From Octopus vulgaris (lineage: Eukaryota): a stretch of 64,000 nucleotides of DNA. Positions 51,275-64,000 of the stretch are shown here, one piece after another; the first letter of the stretch is position 1, and each line of letters opens with the position of its first letter. Below the pieces are notes generated by a model. It had not been told where the DNA came from. It was given only the letters and a program-made list of their open reading frames with translations, and ran no database searches. The stretch spans positions 50,220,001 through 50,284,000 of the forward strand of contig OX597831.1 of the NCBI GenBank assembly GCA_951406725.2, read 5' to 3'. The position numbers were made by a program, and so were the translations under genes.

Positions 51275-52512
51275 CGCACTTGTCTTTACCTCTCCAACAC
51301 TACCCTCCTCACTGGCACCCATCATCGACCCTATCCCATCATCAACTCCTTCACCTGCACCTTCAGCAATATCATATATTGCATCTCTTGCTCTCTCTGC
51401 CATTCCCTGTACATCGGACAAACGGGCCGCCGCTTGGCTGACCGGTTCGCGGAACACCTCCGTGACATCCGCCTTCTCAACGACACACTGGTCTCACGCC
51501 ATTTCCTCTCCACCGGTCACTCCTTGCAACACCTGTCTACGTTCGGTTTGTCCTTGCACAGAGGCCATCCGGATTCCCGTTTGCGCCGTGAACAGGGATT
51601 AATCTTCTCTCTTCGCTCTTTTACGCCATTTGGCCTCAACTCTCCCCCTCCTCATCTAACCTCCACCCCCGACTCCTACTTCTCTTCAGTCCTTCATCTT
51701 TGCACCCCTACTCTCTTTCCCTCTTCTTCCCTTCTTCCCTCCTCTTCTTTCCTCTTTCTTCTTCCCTCTTCCCCTTCTCTCTTTCTGTCTGCTCCCTCAC
51801 TCCCATTCTCTCCCCCGTCTCTCCCCTTCCATTCTCTCTCCCCTCCCCCCTCCCCACTCTCCCCTCCTTTCCCCTCCCCCTCCTCTTCTCCTCTCCTTCC
51901 TTCTCCCCCTATTCCCCCTCCTTCCTCCTCTTCTCCTCGTTCATTATCTCCCCCCTGTCACATTCCCCCTCATCTCCCCCTCATCTCCCCCTCCTCACTC
52001 TCACCTTTCCTCTTCTCCCTCCTCCCTCCTCCCTTCTGTTCTCCTCTTTCTTTCCCCTTATTCTCCCCTCTCACCCTCACCCTCATCTTTCCTCCCTCCA
52101 CCTCCCATCTCCTCTCTCTACACTACACCATACGACATTACACATCACATCATACATACATTCACACGTCCAGACCTTTCATACGCACTACATACTCTCT
52201 CGTACACACACGCACCCTTATGTTGGGGCGAAGTCATTTGACCCTGTTATCTCCCCTACTTTCGCTCTCACGTCTGATCTCTGACTTCTGGCCGGAATCA
52301 GATCACCATGTTGAATCGCTAGCTTCTGCACGCATTTTTTTCTCTCCTTGTTTCTCTCCGTGTTTCTTTTCTGTGTATCTTTCTGTTGAAGAGCGTAGGC
52401 TCGAAACATAAAAGACTTGTTTTATTTATATTCCTGAGCGCCATAATAATACAATTATTTGTTTGTACTCCACCTGCCTTCGTCTTTTGTTTAATTTCAT
52501 GAAGCTTCCCGT
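51275..52512 (+). mobile_element. 5'-truncated Penelope-like element (GIY-YIG, pyrimidine tract, pseudo-LTR)
   Basis: SFTCTFSNIIYCISCSLCHSLYIGQTGRRLADRFAEHLRDI...VSRHF..TGH...RLRREQGLIFSL..FTPFGLN; same family as 24755-25860. Confidence 0.92.
52378..52415 (+). ncRNA. Hammerhead-like motif in the PLE pseudo-LTR (A6->U)
   Basis: tcttt CTGTTGA a gagc-gtag-gctc GAAA ca TA aaaga; 5-bp stem I, 4-bp stem II. Confidence 0.6.
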
Positions 52513-52548
52513 TATATATATATATATATGTGTATATGTATATATATA

Positions 52549-54021
52549 CTAGCATTTTGACCCGTCGTTGCCGGGTAATAGTGCTAGTGCATGTATATAT
52601 GTCCATATATATGTGTGTACATATTACATGTACATCTATATATATATATATATATATACATCTACACATAAAATACAAAATACAAAGTTATATCTTGATA
52701 TCGCTAGTGATAACAATACTCAAAATATATAACAGACTGGAATTGTAGGCCCGTCTCTTGCAATTTCGATCAATTGTATCTTGTCCTCCCTCTTGTATAG
52801 AAGTGTGGCTACAATCCAGCCTACCTGTACTTCTGGAGGGACATTTTTAATTCTTATCCGGGACGTCCTACGTCCCAGACATAAAGGTAGAATTGAAATA
52901 TTTCCACTTTGCAAAGTTCGAGTCGAGTACCCCCTTCGACGGTCCGTTGTCTCGAACCCTGCTTCTATTGTGGAGAATTTACCGCCTCTGGTTAGATATT
53001 TGATATCTTTCATAGTCGCACCCAGATACGTTTCGATGGTGCTTTCCTCCAGGTGTTCAAATCTTTTTTTTTCTCTACATTGTATACTTTATAGACAATA
53101 GTCTTTTCTTTAATTTAATTTTTTATTTCGTTTGGTGGTGTTATCCTAGATTCACCGTCTTTGTCGGTGATCAATCCGAAATAGGTTTGTATTTTTTCCA
53201 TTTAAATTTTAATGAGTTCGCGCCGGCAGACGGCTGCAGCGAAATTCATTTTTGGACTTTCTTCAATCGAAGGCATTCTAACAAAAATGCTTCCGTGTAA
53301 ACGGTGAAAATATTGTCATTTTCCCCAAACTGGGACGCAATTCAATTTTTAAACAATAACCAAAGCTCCTTCTCCCAAAGCGGGAGGGTTACAGTTTACA
53401 ATTATTTAATAAATGCAACACAATAACGTAGTCCTTTATGTATAAGAATTAAACCAACAGCAGTACTCAGTAGAAGCGGCTGTTCGAGAAAACAGACATC
53501 ACATACAGCTAAACTTCATATAGATACTTAATGCTAGCTACTTAGCAGATAATCTAATGTACAAGTCGTAGTAAACGGTATGTGCACAACTCCATCTGAA
53601 CTATTCTATTTCTGCACGCTAATTTTATTTTTAATTTATTCCCATTCATGTGAAACCACTTATTCAAGTTCAAGTCATTGATCCAATTTTATACCCATTG
53701 CTATTTTTACTTTTGTTATGCTACGATTATATTATACTTTAGTTCGATTTTAATGATTACTTACCACAGTGAAAGTATCTGACATAAAATAGAGAAATGT
53801 TTTTGTTTCACTTTTAACACGTAATACTGAAATAGTGGAGAAGATATGATATTGCTTTGGGCTCGCCCTAGGCAAGACGTTGAACATTTTTTTTGCCCAT
53901 GAAACTACATGGACCCTAAGTAAGGCATGTGTAAAATTTGAATGAAATTGGTTGCGTAGTTCTCAAGTTTTAGGGAAACAGACAGACAGACATACATTGT
54001 CAGTTTTTATATATAGAGAGA
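52549..54021 (-). mobile_element. Non-autonomous Helitron (ends inferred to belong together)
   Basis: Minus-strand 5' A|TCTCTCTATATATAAAAACTGACAATGTATGTCTGTCTGTC; 3' hairpin ACCCGGCAACGACGGGT then CTAG|T. Confidence 0.7.
52735..53201 (-). pseudogene. Frameshifted N-terminal fragment resembling LINE (L1/Tx1-type) ORF1
   Basis: ATG at 53201 MEKIQTYFG..., KEKTIVYKVY..., then YLTRGGKFSTIE..ILPLCLGRRTSRIRIKNVPPEV.VGWIV; RRM-like pattern; family assignment is inference. Confidence 0.5.
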
Positions 54022-54293
54022 TAAAGGGGTTTGTATGATTGTGTACAGAGAAATATATTATTCAAAGGAATTCCAAATCTGTCTGATTTCTATGTTTTAT
54101 TTATATTCTTATATTAATGTTGGATATAGAATATATAGTATATATAGTAAAATGAAATGAAGTATTGATTGTCTTCTTGAATAGATGAAATATTGAATAT
54201 CAAATATTAAAGGACTTGCATTTAAGCAGTCTTCAAGGTCCCAGGTTGTGACAGGAATGTTTCAACATATACATACATACATACATACATTCA

Positions 54294-54349
<56 letters not shown>

Positions 54350-54356
<7 letters not shown>

Positions 54357-54600
54357 AATATTAGGGAATAAATCCAAATTTACAGGGAAAAATCAGATTT
54401 AGGATTGAATCCAATTTTATAGTAAGATATAATATATTAATTAGAGACAAAACCACTATTATGCAAATCAAACAAAGAAAGACTTAATCCAATACATAAA
54501 AAAATTTATATAAATTAAATATAATTAAGATATCCACTACGATCGTTTCTTGTAACTTCTATTGACATTCATCAGGTGGTTTCAAGACCTTCTTTGCAAG
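54350..54600 (-). mobile_element. PLE pseudo-LTR relic
   Basis: Diverged homologue of 49110-49360 (GAGACAAAACCACTATT, GAAAGACTTAATC); abuts (TA)n. Confidence 0.8.
54534..54579 (-). ncRNA. Minimal type-I hammerhead ribozyme
   Basis: ccac CTGATGA a tgt...aca a GAAA cgatcg TA gtgg; intact core, palindromic stem III. Confidence 0.8.
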
Positions 54601-54694
54601 TTTTAAACTGAAGTTTATATATATATGCACACGTATATACAGCGATCAGTTCAGTTGTCCATCCAGACACCATGTGCTTCATTATTAAAATACC

Positions 54695-54929
54695 TTATTT
54701 CTTTATTACTCACTAGGGGCTAAACACAGAGGGAACAAACAAGGACAGACATAGGTATTAAGTCGATTACATCGACCCCAGTGTGTAACTGGCACTTAAT
54801 TTATCGACCCCGAAAGGATGAAAGGCAAAGTCGACCTCGGCGGAATTTGAACTCACAACGTAACGACAGAGGAAATACGGCTACGCATTCCGCCCGGCGT
54901 GCTAACGTTTCTGCCGGCTCGCCGCCTTA
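54695..54929 (-). mobile_element. Young OR-like SINE with perfect 15-bp TSD
   Basis: TSD CATTATTAAAATACC at 54680-54694 and 54930-54944; B box GAGTTCAAATTCC. Confidence 0.92.
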
Positions 54930-54982
54930 CATTATTAAAATACCACCGCAGTGAATATAATGACGAAGTGAATATATATATA

Positions 54983-55269
54983 GTAGAGGCGCAGTGGCCC
55001 AGTGGTTAGGGTACCGAACTCGCGGTTTCGATTTATAGACCGGGCGTTGCGTGTGTTTAGTGAGCGAAAACACCTAAAGCTCCATGAATCTCTGGTGGGG
55101 GGGGCACCCCTTTTGTACTCCTTCGCCCCAACTTTCCCTCACTTTTCCTGTTTCTTGAGTAACGCTGCGATGGACTGGCGTCCCGTCCAGCTGGGGGAAA
55201 TCACATACTCCATAGAAACCGGGAAACCGGCTCATGATACTGGCTAGGCTTGAAAAGGGCGCAAGGAAG
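54983..55269 (+). mobile_element. tRNA-derived SINE with 13-bp TSD
   Basis: A box GTGGCCCAGTGGTTAG; 3' half shared with the 28783 family; TSD GAATATATATATA. Confidence 0.85.
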
Positions 55270-55472
55270 GAATATATATATAAACTTCTATGTAAATAAG
55301 GATAAGATCCTTATTTTAAATGGCGATCAAATCAAGTGGCAGCATGGGAACAAAATACCCTTATAGGTTATAATAATTATTAAAATTATAAACAAAGGTA
55401 TCAAAGAGGTACTACCATGCTTGAAATAACAGTCAAAATCTGACTCTTGCTCGGGGTCGGTGAGAGTTGGTG

Positions 55473-56413
55473 TGTTAGTTCCGTGTTAAACTTACACCGA
55501 ACACGTTAGTTGCCGTAATGGTAGTTGTTCGAATTATTGTGTGCTGGTCCCGTCGCTAGAATGTGGCAAGTATGCGATTCCCTTGCTCACAATATATCGG
55601 ATGCAGTTGTGCAGAGTTAACCAGCTAGAGGAGATGTCTTCTTGGGGTTAAAAAACCGCGCTAAAATCCGGTCGAGCAAAAAACAAGAGTGCTTAGAACG
55701 AAAAACAAGAGTGCTGTGTGCAAAAACGAACAATACAACCTAAGACTCGGTCAATAATTACGTTACGACAACTGGCAACGAGACGTCAGTATATAAAAGT
55801 GACGACGTAAAAATAAATATTAACTTTCAACGGAATTCAATCTCAAGACGATGTGATGAAAGTCATTGGCACCCCTAGCGGATTGGAAGAAAGAACTAGC
55901 CGAACTCTTATAAAGAGCAGTGATCGGCAGTAGTCGGAGAGAGCGTTTGGTAGTCACGCGAAGTACGTCGTGTGAACATATTGATTAAACCGCCGCTGCA
56001 TAATTTATCTATACCAACCTGTGGCAGGATATAAAGGAAATAAACTTTAATATTCAGTACTGTTATAGCATAGATATCATTCAGAGATTTTAAATTTGTT
56101 GTTTTTCTCCTTACGGAATACGAGACCGACAGTCGTTTCAATAAATGTATACTGTGAGTAAAGTTGTCTCTAGCTGAGCGGTTGTCCAATACAGAAAAAG
56201 GGAAATTACCCAGAAGCCATTGATCTACTGGTACTGCCAACGGCTAGAAGAGAGTAGTAAGGCCCCTAACAGCATAATCTCGGACACAGGCAATGTGTAG
56301 ACAAACCAGCTGGAAAAGATGTCTTCCTAGGGTTAAAAACTAGTAGCAGTCCTATGTGGTACTGCCACGTTTTGTTGGCAAATAAACTTTAATATAAATA
56401 TATTCAACTTTAC
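55473..56413 (+). mobile_element. Possible solo LTR
   Basis: TGT...ACA ends, TATATAAAA at ~55790, AATAAA near the 3' end, internal ~36-bp direct repeat (55619 and 56305); no matching TSD. Confidence 0.3.
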
Positions 56414-56847
56414 AAATTTTATTGAATGCATAATATTACATGAAATTTGATTTAATATTTACGATGAGCAAGTATAGTATTTTTCATCTACACACACACA
56501 CACACACACATACACACACTTACTAACAAACACATATTTTTTCTCTCGCACAAAAGAACACGCACATATATTGAATACACACACACACACACCTAATATG
56601 CTAATCGTAGACGTCAAATCGCCATTACCACGAAGAATGTTCTCAAGAAAAATCACAGTAAAACGCCAAAATGTAAAAATGAGCAAGACAAATGTAAATA
56701 TACGAAATAAAAAAAAGATTACATACGTACAAATGGTTTTACTTGTTAATATGTCCGTATGCAAACACGCAGATATCTGCAAGATCGTCAGCCTAGTCTG
56801 TCGCTTACAAAATACAATTTCCAGAACTAGATAAAGAACGCTCTACC

Positions 56848-56885
<38 letters not shown>

Positions 56886-57423
56886 CATGGACTCTCTCGT
56901 CATTAGATGACGTGAGAGGATTCTGCAATTTCTTGCTGAACAGCCATGCATATAATGTGTTTATAGTGATCAAATGTTTGTGTGCACATAAGCTCACTCT
57001 ATCAAATCAAAATTGCTCTTACAACTGTCTAAAGTGCTACATGTCAGATGACGAAATGATCGTAGAGCAACGCGGAATGAAATGTTTTGCTCAAGAACAG
57101 AACGCAATGCTCGGACTGAGAATCGAAACCACGATTTCTCAATCGCGAATGCAACACCCTAACCAATATGCCATGTGCTTTCGAAGTTGTGTATGTAGGA
57201 GACAAGGGTATACAACACACGTTGAGAAGGATATTGATTTTATTAAAAGGAGGGCATACATGTATGCGTATGTATAAGAAAGAATATATATATATATATA
57301 TATATATAGATATATGTATATAATAATTATTTGAGGGAATGTTAATTCTAACTACAAGGAAAAAAATTCAATTTAGAAATACTAAATCAAATTTCACACA
57401 ATATAATATAATATATATATATA

Positions 57424-57694
57424 TATAAAATTAGAAACAAAAACACCTTTTATCAATTCAAAATGAACAATTAAATTACACCATCTAGAAAATTACATAT
57501 AATAGAAATATTATAATTAAAATAACAATAAAATACCAATGATTAAGTAAATTGCAAGAACATAATAAAAACGTATATAATTGGTATATATTTGTTTTAT
57601 TGTTATTTTAATTTTAATATTTCTATTATATGTAATTTTCTAGATGGTGTAATTTAATTGTTCATTTTGAATTGATAAAAGGTGTTTTTTTTTC

Positions 57695-57704
<10 letters not shown>
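57424..57704. repeat. 110-bp inverted repeat with ~61-bp spacer (pseudo-LTR-related fold-back)
   Basis: 57424-57533 mirrors 57595-57704 with few mismatches; upstream 57320-57410 resembles 54350-54440. Confidence 0.9.
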
Positions 57705-57731
<27 letters not shown>

Positions 57732-58059
57732 GTTCACACACACACACATATATATATAGGAAGATAAAGATTGTTACATATATTGAGATAGATGTACAAA
57801 TGCCGGTCTATGTATTCTATAAGTAAATTTGAGAATATAAAGATATATTTAAGCTCTTATACTTTTGTAAAGTATTTACTTATTCAAATAACTTTACAAT
57901 CTCATTTCCGTTGTACAGAAGTTTTCTTTTTTCATTTCGTTCATATACTTGTCAGCTGTTTTATAGAAGTGTCAGCACTATAAATTGTGTGTGTGAATGA
58001 ATGTGTGCGTTATTCTGTGTTTGTTCGTGCTTGTGTTGTGGTGTGTTGTGTTGTGTTGT

Positions 58060-58115
<56 letters not shown>

Positions 58116-59035
58116 TATGTGTCTAAGCGTGATCAAATATAATGTTAAGGCGGAAATAAAATTCGTGCAATTTTCACCTTTATGTCAAAATTATTGTTTA
58201 GATCGGCTGAACACCTTCACACAGCTATGTTAAGTTCAACACTATTATAACACGATAAAATTATTTGTTTTAGTATATTAACAATGAATCAATAATAAAA
58301 ACTTGCTTAAGCAATCATTTTATTACATTATCGTCTTCAATTTTCTTAGACTCATACAGTGAGTCTCTTAGAGAATATATACAGAAAGAGATATAGGCTG
58401 CTGAATTGGCAGATCTACTTACTGATCTTTCATTGACACGGCTTCCGTCAAAGAAGAATCAACTTCATGCAGTTTCTACAGTAGTATGACTGTGTTTGAA
58501 GCTCAAAGCTTTTAATGTGTATATTGTGTTTCTAAACATTGTAGAATACTTTAGAGAAAGTTGACTATAGAATATATACTGAATTGTGAAAAATAGCAGT
58601 CATGAAGTTACAATCTATGTTGTTCATTCGAGGAAGATATTAATTCCAGCTGGAGTTCATCAGGAACTGCAATAAAAGCATCGTTGTTTATAGCTGCTGC
58701 ATTGAACATGACCTCAGTCACAGAAACAATTAATTTCTCCAGCCACGCTTATCGTCTATAAGTCTCAAAAGCAATCAAGCAGTCTGACGATATGAGAAAC
58801 ATATAAAAATACTCAATCGTTATGTACAAAGAAACTACAGAAAACAGCGTGCAACATTCAATGTTGGAAAATTTCACTCTACCATGTGTCCACAAAAACT
58901 TTTGTAAGAAGAATAGGCAGGTCCGTAAAATATTGCTAAATCCAAATGAAAATCAGTGCATTACACGTGAAACGATGAAAGAATTCTGACGCTCTACACA
59001 CTGGAGCAAAACTCCGAATGATATATAGCATCGAT

Positions 59036-59097
<62 letters not shown>

Positions 59098-59803
59098 AAT
59101 GTATATATATATATATGTGTATATATGTATGTGTATATATATATATATATATATATGCACACGAAGGATTCATTCAGTTCCCGTCTATCAAATCCATTCA
59201 CAAGCCATTGGTGAGCCCGAGGTTACCGAGGTTATAGTAGAAGACAATTACCCAAGGGAGCTTCTTACCACGCAACCATGCCAGCATATGTATGCGTGTG
59301 TGTGTGTGTAAATGGAAAATTGGAACAAGAACGCAACAGACGACAACGAAACATCCGGACAGATTGACGTTGCGAAGACGGACAGGTAGAAAACAAGGAC
59401 AAGTCATTCGCAGCCCCCTCTCATCAGTCAAGTTACCAAATTTTCCTTACAATTTCGGGCAATTGCACTTAAGACTGTTCAAATTTGGTTGCCCCCAAAA
59501 ATCTAAGCTAAGGACAATTAACTTTTTTGGAAGGAAGCAAGAGAAATAGTACGACAGCAAAGACTAAAAAAAACAGAGAACAGGTTACACAGATTCAAAC
59601 TGCAAGAAAATAAAACAACAGGTGTCTTTCAAATAATAAAGACAAAAATCAATTTAGCTGGTGTGTAGAGTAAAAGCCTTAAGGTAGGAACATAGGAGAT
59701 GAACTTAAGAGATGAAAGTCAATAGAAAGGAATATGAGAGATGCTCCACCACCGGCAGTGAAGCCATGTTTGAACGTGTATACACACACACATACACACA
59801 CGC

Positions 59804-59902
<99 letters not shown>

Positions 59903-60996
59903 GGAACATTATTATTTCTAAATCTCTCAAAGAGAGATTTTCAGTAACAGTTCTTTAAAGTAGAGACTATTTGCCAACATAATGTGGCCGTCCTGGAAAG
60001 GACGACTGTTACTGTTGTTTAGCCCCAAGAAACATCGTTTTCCAGCTGGCTATACGACACAATATGTCTATCTTTATATTTTCGAATAGGGAGCCCAGCA
60101 CACCCATGCAGCACAAAGTAACATCTATAGGCCGGTTTCTGGGTTATTGCTCTTTATCAACACGGAGTAGCTGCCTGGCTAGGCGGCGCTGCTGAACTCC
60201 CGTTGGAAAATATATAGTTTTCAAAGTGGCACTCACTGATCTAATAAATAGAAACAATATTATTTCTATGTACTCTAGCCACTGGAGTGAACAGGAGTCG
60301 TTTGTATGTAGTGCAGTGGCTTGAGAACATACAGAAATAACTATTCACACAAAAAACTCATTTTGTCACGTATCATGAGGAACCTACATAGCTAACAACA
60401 TAAACGTAATCCTCTGCACTTCACACAAAGGAGTCCTGTACACTCTCCAACCACGCAGATTTAATTTGGAGTGCCTGATTATAACTGAACATATTCAGGC
60501 AACTATGTCGGCCTTCATTTTAGGCGCAAAATATACTGCCACGTGACAAACGAACAGGGGTAGCGTGAAACGTACAAAAGGTTATTAAATTAATTATGTA
60601 TTCATTACCTACAAACACTTGACAAAACATTCAGAGCATTGCCTGTTAGGACATGTTCAATCAACTGTGTCGGCCTTAACTTACGATACCAAACATTGTC
60701 ACTTGATATTCACATACGAACGTAGCGAGAAACCTACGAAAATTTCTAAGACCAGTCATGTGATTATGCTCAACCAATCAAATCCTATTCAAAGCATATA
60801 CTAATTTCAGCCATGAACTGCCTAGAAAAATAGGGCAAGCTTCAAACACTAGTCAGAGGCAACACAGTTGCGACAAAAGCCACGTCTTTCTATTTGAATT
60901 TTCTGAAAATCAGTGTAAACTGTGAAACCGGTAAAAGTTTTGAATATATCAATAGAAAATATTTTAACTACTCTCAGTGCATTTTCAACTTCTACT

Positions 60997-61077
<81 letters not shown>

Positions 61078-62480
61078 TGAGTATTAGATACTCAAAATCA
61101 CAGCCACATACACACTCAAACACGAATACAAACACAAACGCAGATAGAGATTCCGGAGTTTCACGTAAAATATTTTATATTCATATCTATACCAACCCAC
61201 CAATTGGATGATAAAGCAAAGGAACAAACCGAAACCGCCCTACTGTGTCCTTCTGAAGTTCTGAAGTCTTGCCTCCAATATTTTCAATCTATGGGTCAAA
61301 ACCAACACGTGTCACGGCAAGAAACGGAAATAATTCTTGTAGTACATAAATATCTCAAAAGAACTACACCCATAGATGCACACAGAAACGGAAAAGGAAA
61401 CAGAAAATCTGATTAAAACATATTGCAGAAAATATTTGCGAGAAATTATTCAAAACTTCGACACTAGAAAACTTTCGGTTGCTTGCATTAAGAAAGAGAA
61501 TGTAACAAAATTTGAATGACTAGAATTACGTAAATGCCTGCCTGCATGTTCACGCTTCAATGTATGTGAACCTACAAAACGAGAAGCTAGAAACTCTCTT
61601 CGGAAAGAAAGAGAGTTAAAAAAGAAAAAGGATTAGTAATAAAATGTTCAAATGCTACATGCAATTGCTTATGTCGAAAGTCTCAGTTAAAGCCACAGAT
61701 TATTTGCTCTTCCATAGCAAAAAACTTAATCCGACTTGTAGATAACTGGGTGGAGAGATGTTTCTTCGTTGCAATTTCTCCTTGTTTGCATTTACTTAAA
61801 ATTTATTATATCTAATCCATATAACATCATCATCATATTCATCATCGTTATTATTATTACTGTTATCATCATTTTTACTTTTAATCCATATCTTTGTTAC
61901 AGACTCTTGCCGAGACACATCCAGCGTCCTGGGGGCGAGTGAAGGATAAAAGATGTTACAATATGACAGAAAGCTTGGGGAGGGGAGGTAGTGAAATATC
62001 TTCATGTAATATAACACCGACATTTATAATTACAAGAACAAAAAGAACCTAAATGATTTGATCCAATTGCAACTACACACCTTAAAAGGAAAATACCAAA
62101 ACAGAATTGAATACAATAAAAGAATAAAAGCAAACAAAAGTTTTTGTGTGTGTGTAGCATTCACTACTGTTATTTTAATCTCGACCAGAAATGACGAAGT
62201 GGTGGATAAATTTTAAGCTGATTTCAAGAAATAGAGGTCAAAGTGAATGTGGGTGATTTGTTTGGATTGGCTAAGAATAGCTGAGAGCCGCGTTGAAAAT
62301 CGATTAATAAATCCGAAGATTTCAGGAAAATATATCATAACTGGAATTTTTCAGATTTAGGTAATCAGTTTAGATTCAACAAAAAGATTGGCTCTGTAAA
62401 AATTTCAGTGATACGCACGGATACTTGCCTTCATTTCATTTTATTCCGTGTATATATATATGACACACACACATATACAA

Positions 62481-62533
<53 letters not shown>

Positions 62534-62584
62534 AAAAAAGGAGATGTCGAACACGAGTGGTGATATATAAAAAAGGAAATTTCC

Positions 62585-63015
<431 letters not shown>

Positions 63016-63590
63016 GTGCGTGTGTCTGTGTCTGTGTGTAGAACTTTAAATTGTATTATATTGATTACAAGCGGTACCTGTGGAAATTACAAGTTCGTTT
63101 CGAATATTGTATGATGAAATTCTATATTTTTATGAAACATTTGATTATTGAAAAGATTTGAAAATTTACATAGGCATTATTATTATATTATATTATATTA
63201 TATTATATTATATTATATATTATATTAGATCATATTATCATTGTACCGACCAGATCAGAGGCTGATATTATAAAACGCATATCATGATGCGGTTTCTCGC
63301 AACGCTGTAGCTTTGGAATGATGCTACGTCGCTAGCTAGGTAGACAAGCTAAAATTCTCCCTAAATGGAACGCATGTCTGTCTTAGGGTTTGAGCGGACT
63401 ACAGCAAGCTGAAATGAAGCATTATGCTCGAGGAAAGAACGTACCACCAGTCTGGGAATGGAAACCACGACGTTGTGATCGCGAGAAAAATACTTTACCC
63501 ACCTGGTTATAACTTGTAATGGACGCACACGCACACATCAAGAAATACATAGATAAATAAACTCTCACTCTCTCCTTCACACACACACTA

Positions 63591-63995
63591 TTTTTACTCT
63601 TTTTACTCTTTTACTTGTTTCAGTCATTTGACTGCGGCCATGCTGGAGCACCGCCTTTAGTCGAGCAAATAAGCCCAGTACTTATTCTATCGGTCTCTTT
63701 TGCCGAACCGCTAAGTGACGGGGAGGTAAACACACCAGCATCGGTTGTCAAGCAATGCTAGGGGGACAAACACACACAAACACACACACACACACACACA
63801 TATATATGTATATATATATATATATATATACATATATACGACAGGCTTCTTTCAGTTTCCGTCTACCAAATCCACTCACAAGGCATTGGTCGGCCCGAGG
63901 CTATAGCAGAAGACACTTACCCAAGGTGCCACGCAGTGGGACTGAACCCGGAACCACGTTGTTGGTTAGCAAGCTACTTACCACACAGCCACTCC
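63591..63995 (-). mobile_element. Full-length octopus OK-like tRNA-derived SINE
   Basis: Head GGAGTGGCTGTGTGGTAAG (A box), GGGTTCAGTCCC (B box), internal TG/TA microsatellite, (AGAGTAAAA)n-like tail. Confidence 0.9.
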
Positions 63996-64000
63996 ACACA

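Noticed and set aside
51640-52411. Pro/Ser-rich extension of the 325-aa ORF
   Set aside because: A pyrimidine tract lacking stops; only the first ~70 aa are GIY-YIG.
61204-62023. Short ORFs and a pyrimidine-rich acceptor-like site near 61930 (minus)
   Set aside because: No recognisable domain or consistent exon with a donor site.

Overview
AT-rich, microsatellite-saturated animal non-coding DNA. The SINE families and (TA)n/(CA)n/(TAA)n density point to a coleoid cephalopod, most likely Octopus (inference, not database-checked). I cannot support any intact host gene; most listed ORFs are microsatellite translations. The window is a mosaic of transposon relics: Penelope-like (PLE) GIY-YIG/RT fragments and pseudo-LTRs, two R4/Dong LINE copies at (TAA)n, RTE and probable L1/Tx1 LINE fragments, five mariner relics, two hAT relics, non-autonomous Helitrons and many tRNA-derived SINEs. 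The main hidden signal is RNA-level: about a dozen type-I hammerhead ribozyme (HHR) motifs (CTGANGA...GAAA-[palindromic stem III]-TH). Several have intact cores. They occur in near-perfect long palindromes (48938-49281, 50667-50866), in a fold-back whose antisense arm starts at the predicted cleavage site (41462-41703), and in an ORF-less 512-nt tandem repeat resembling a retrozyme (43050-43910). All helices were paired by eye; none were computed.
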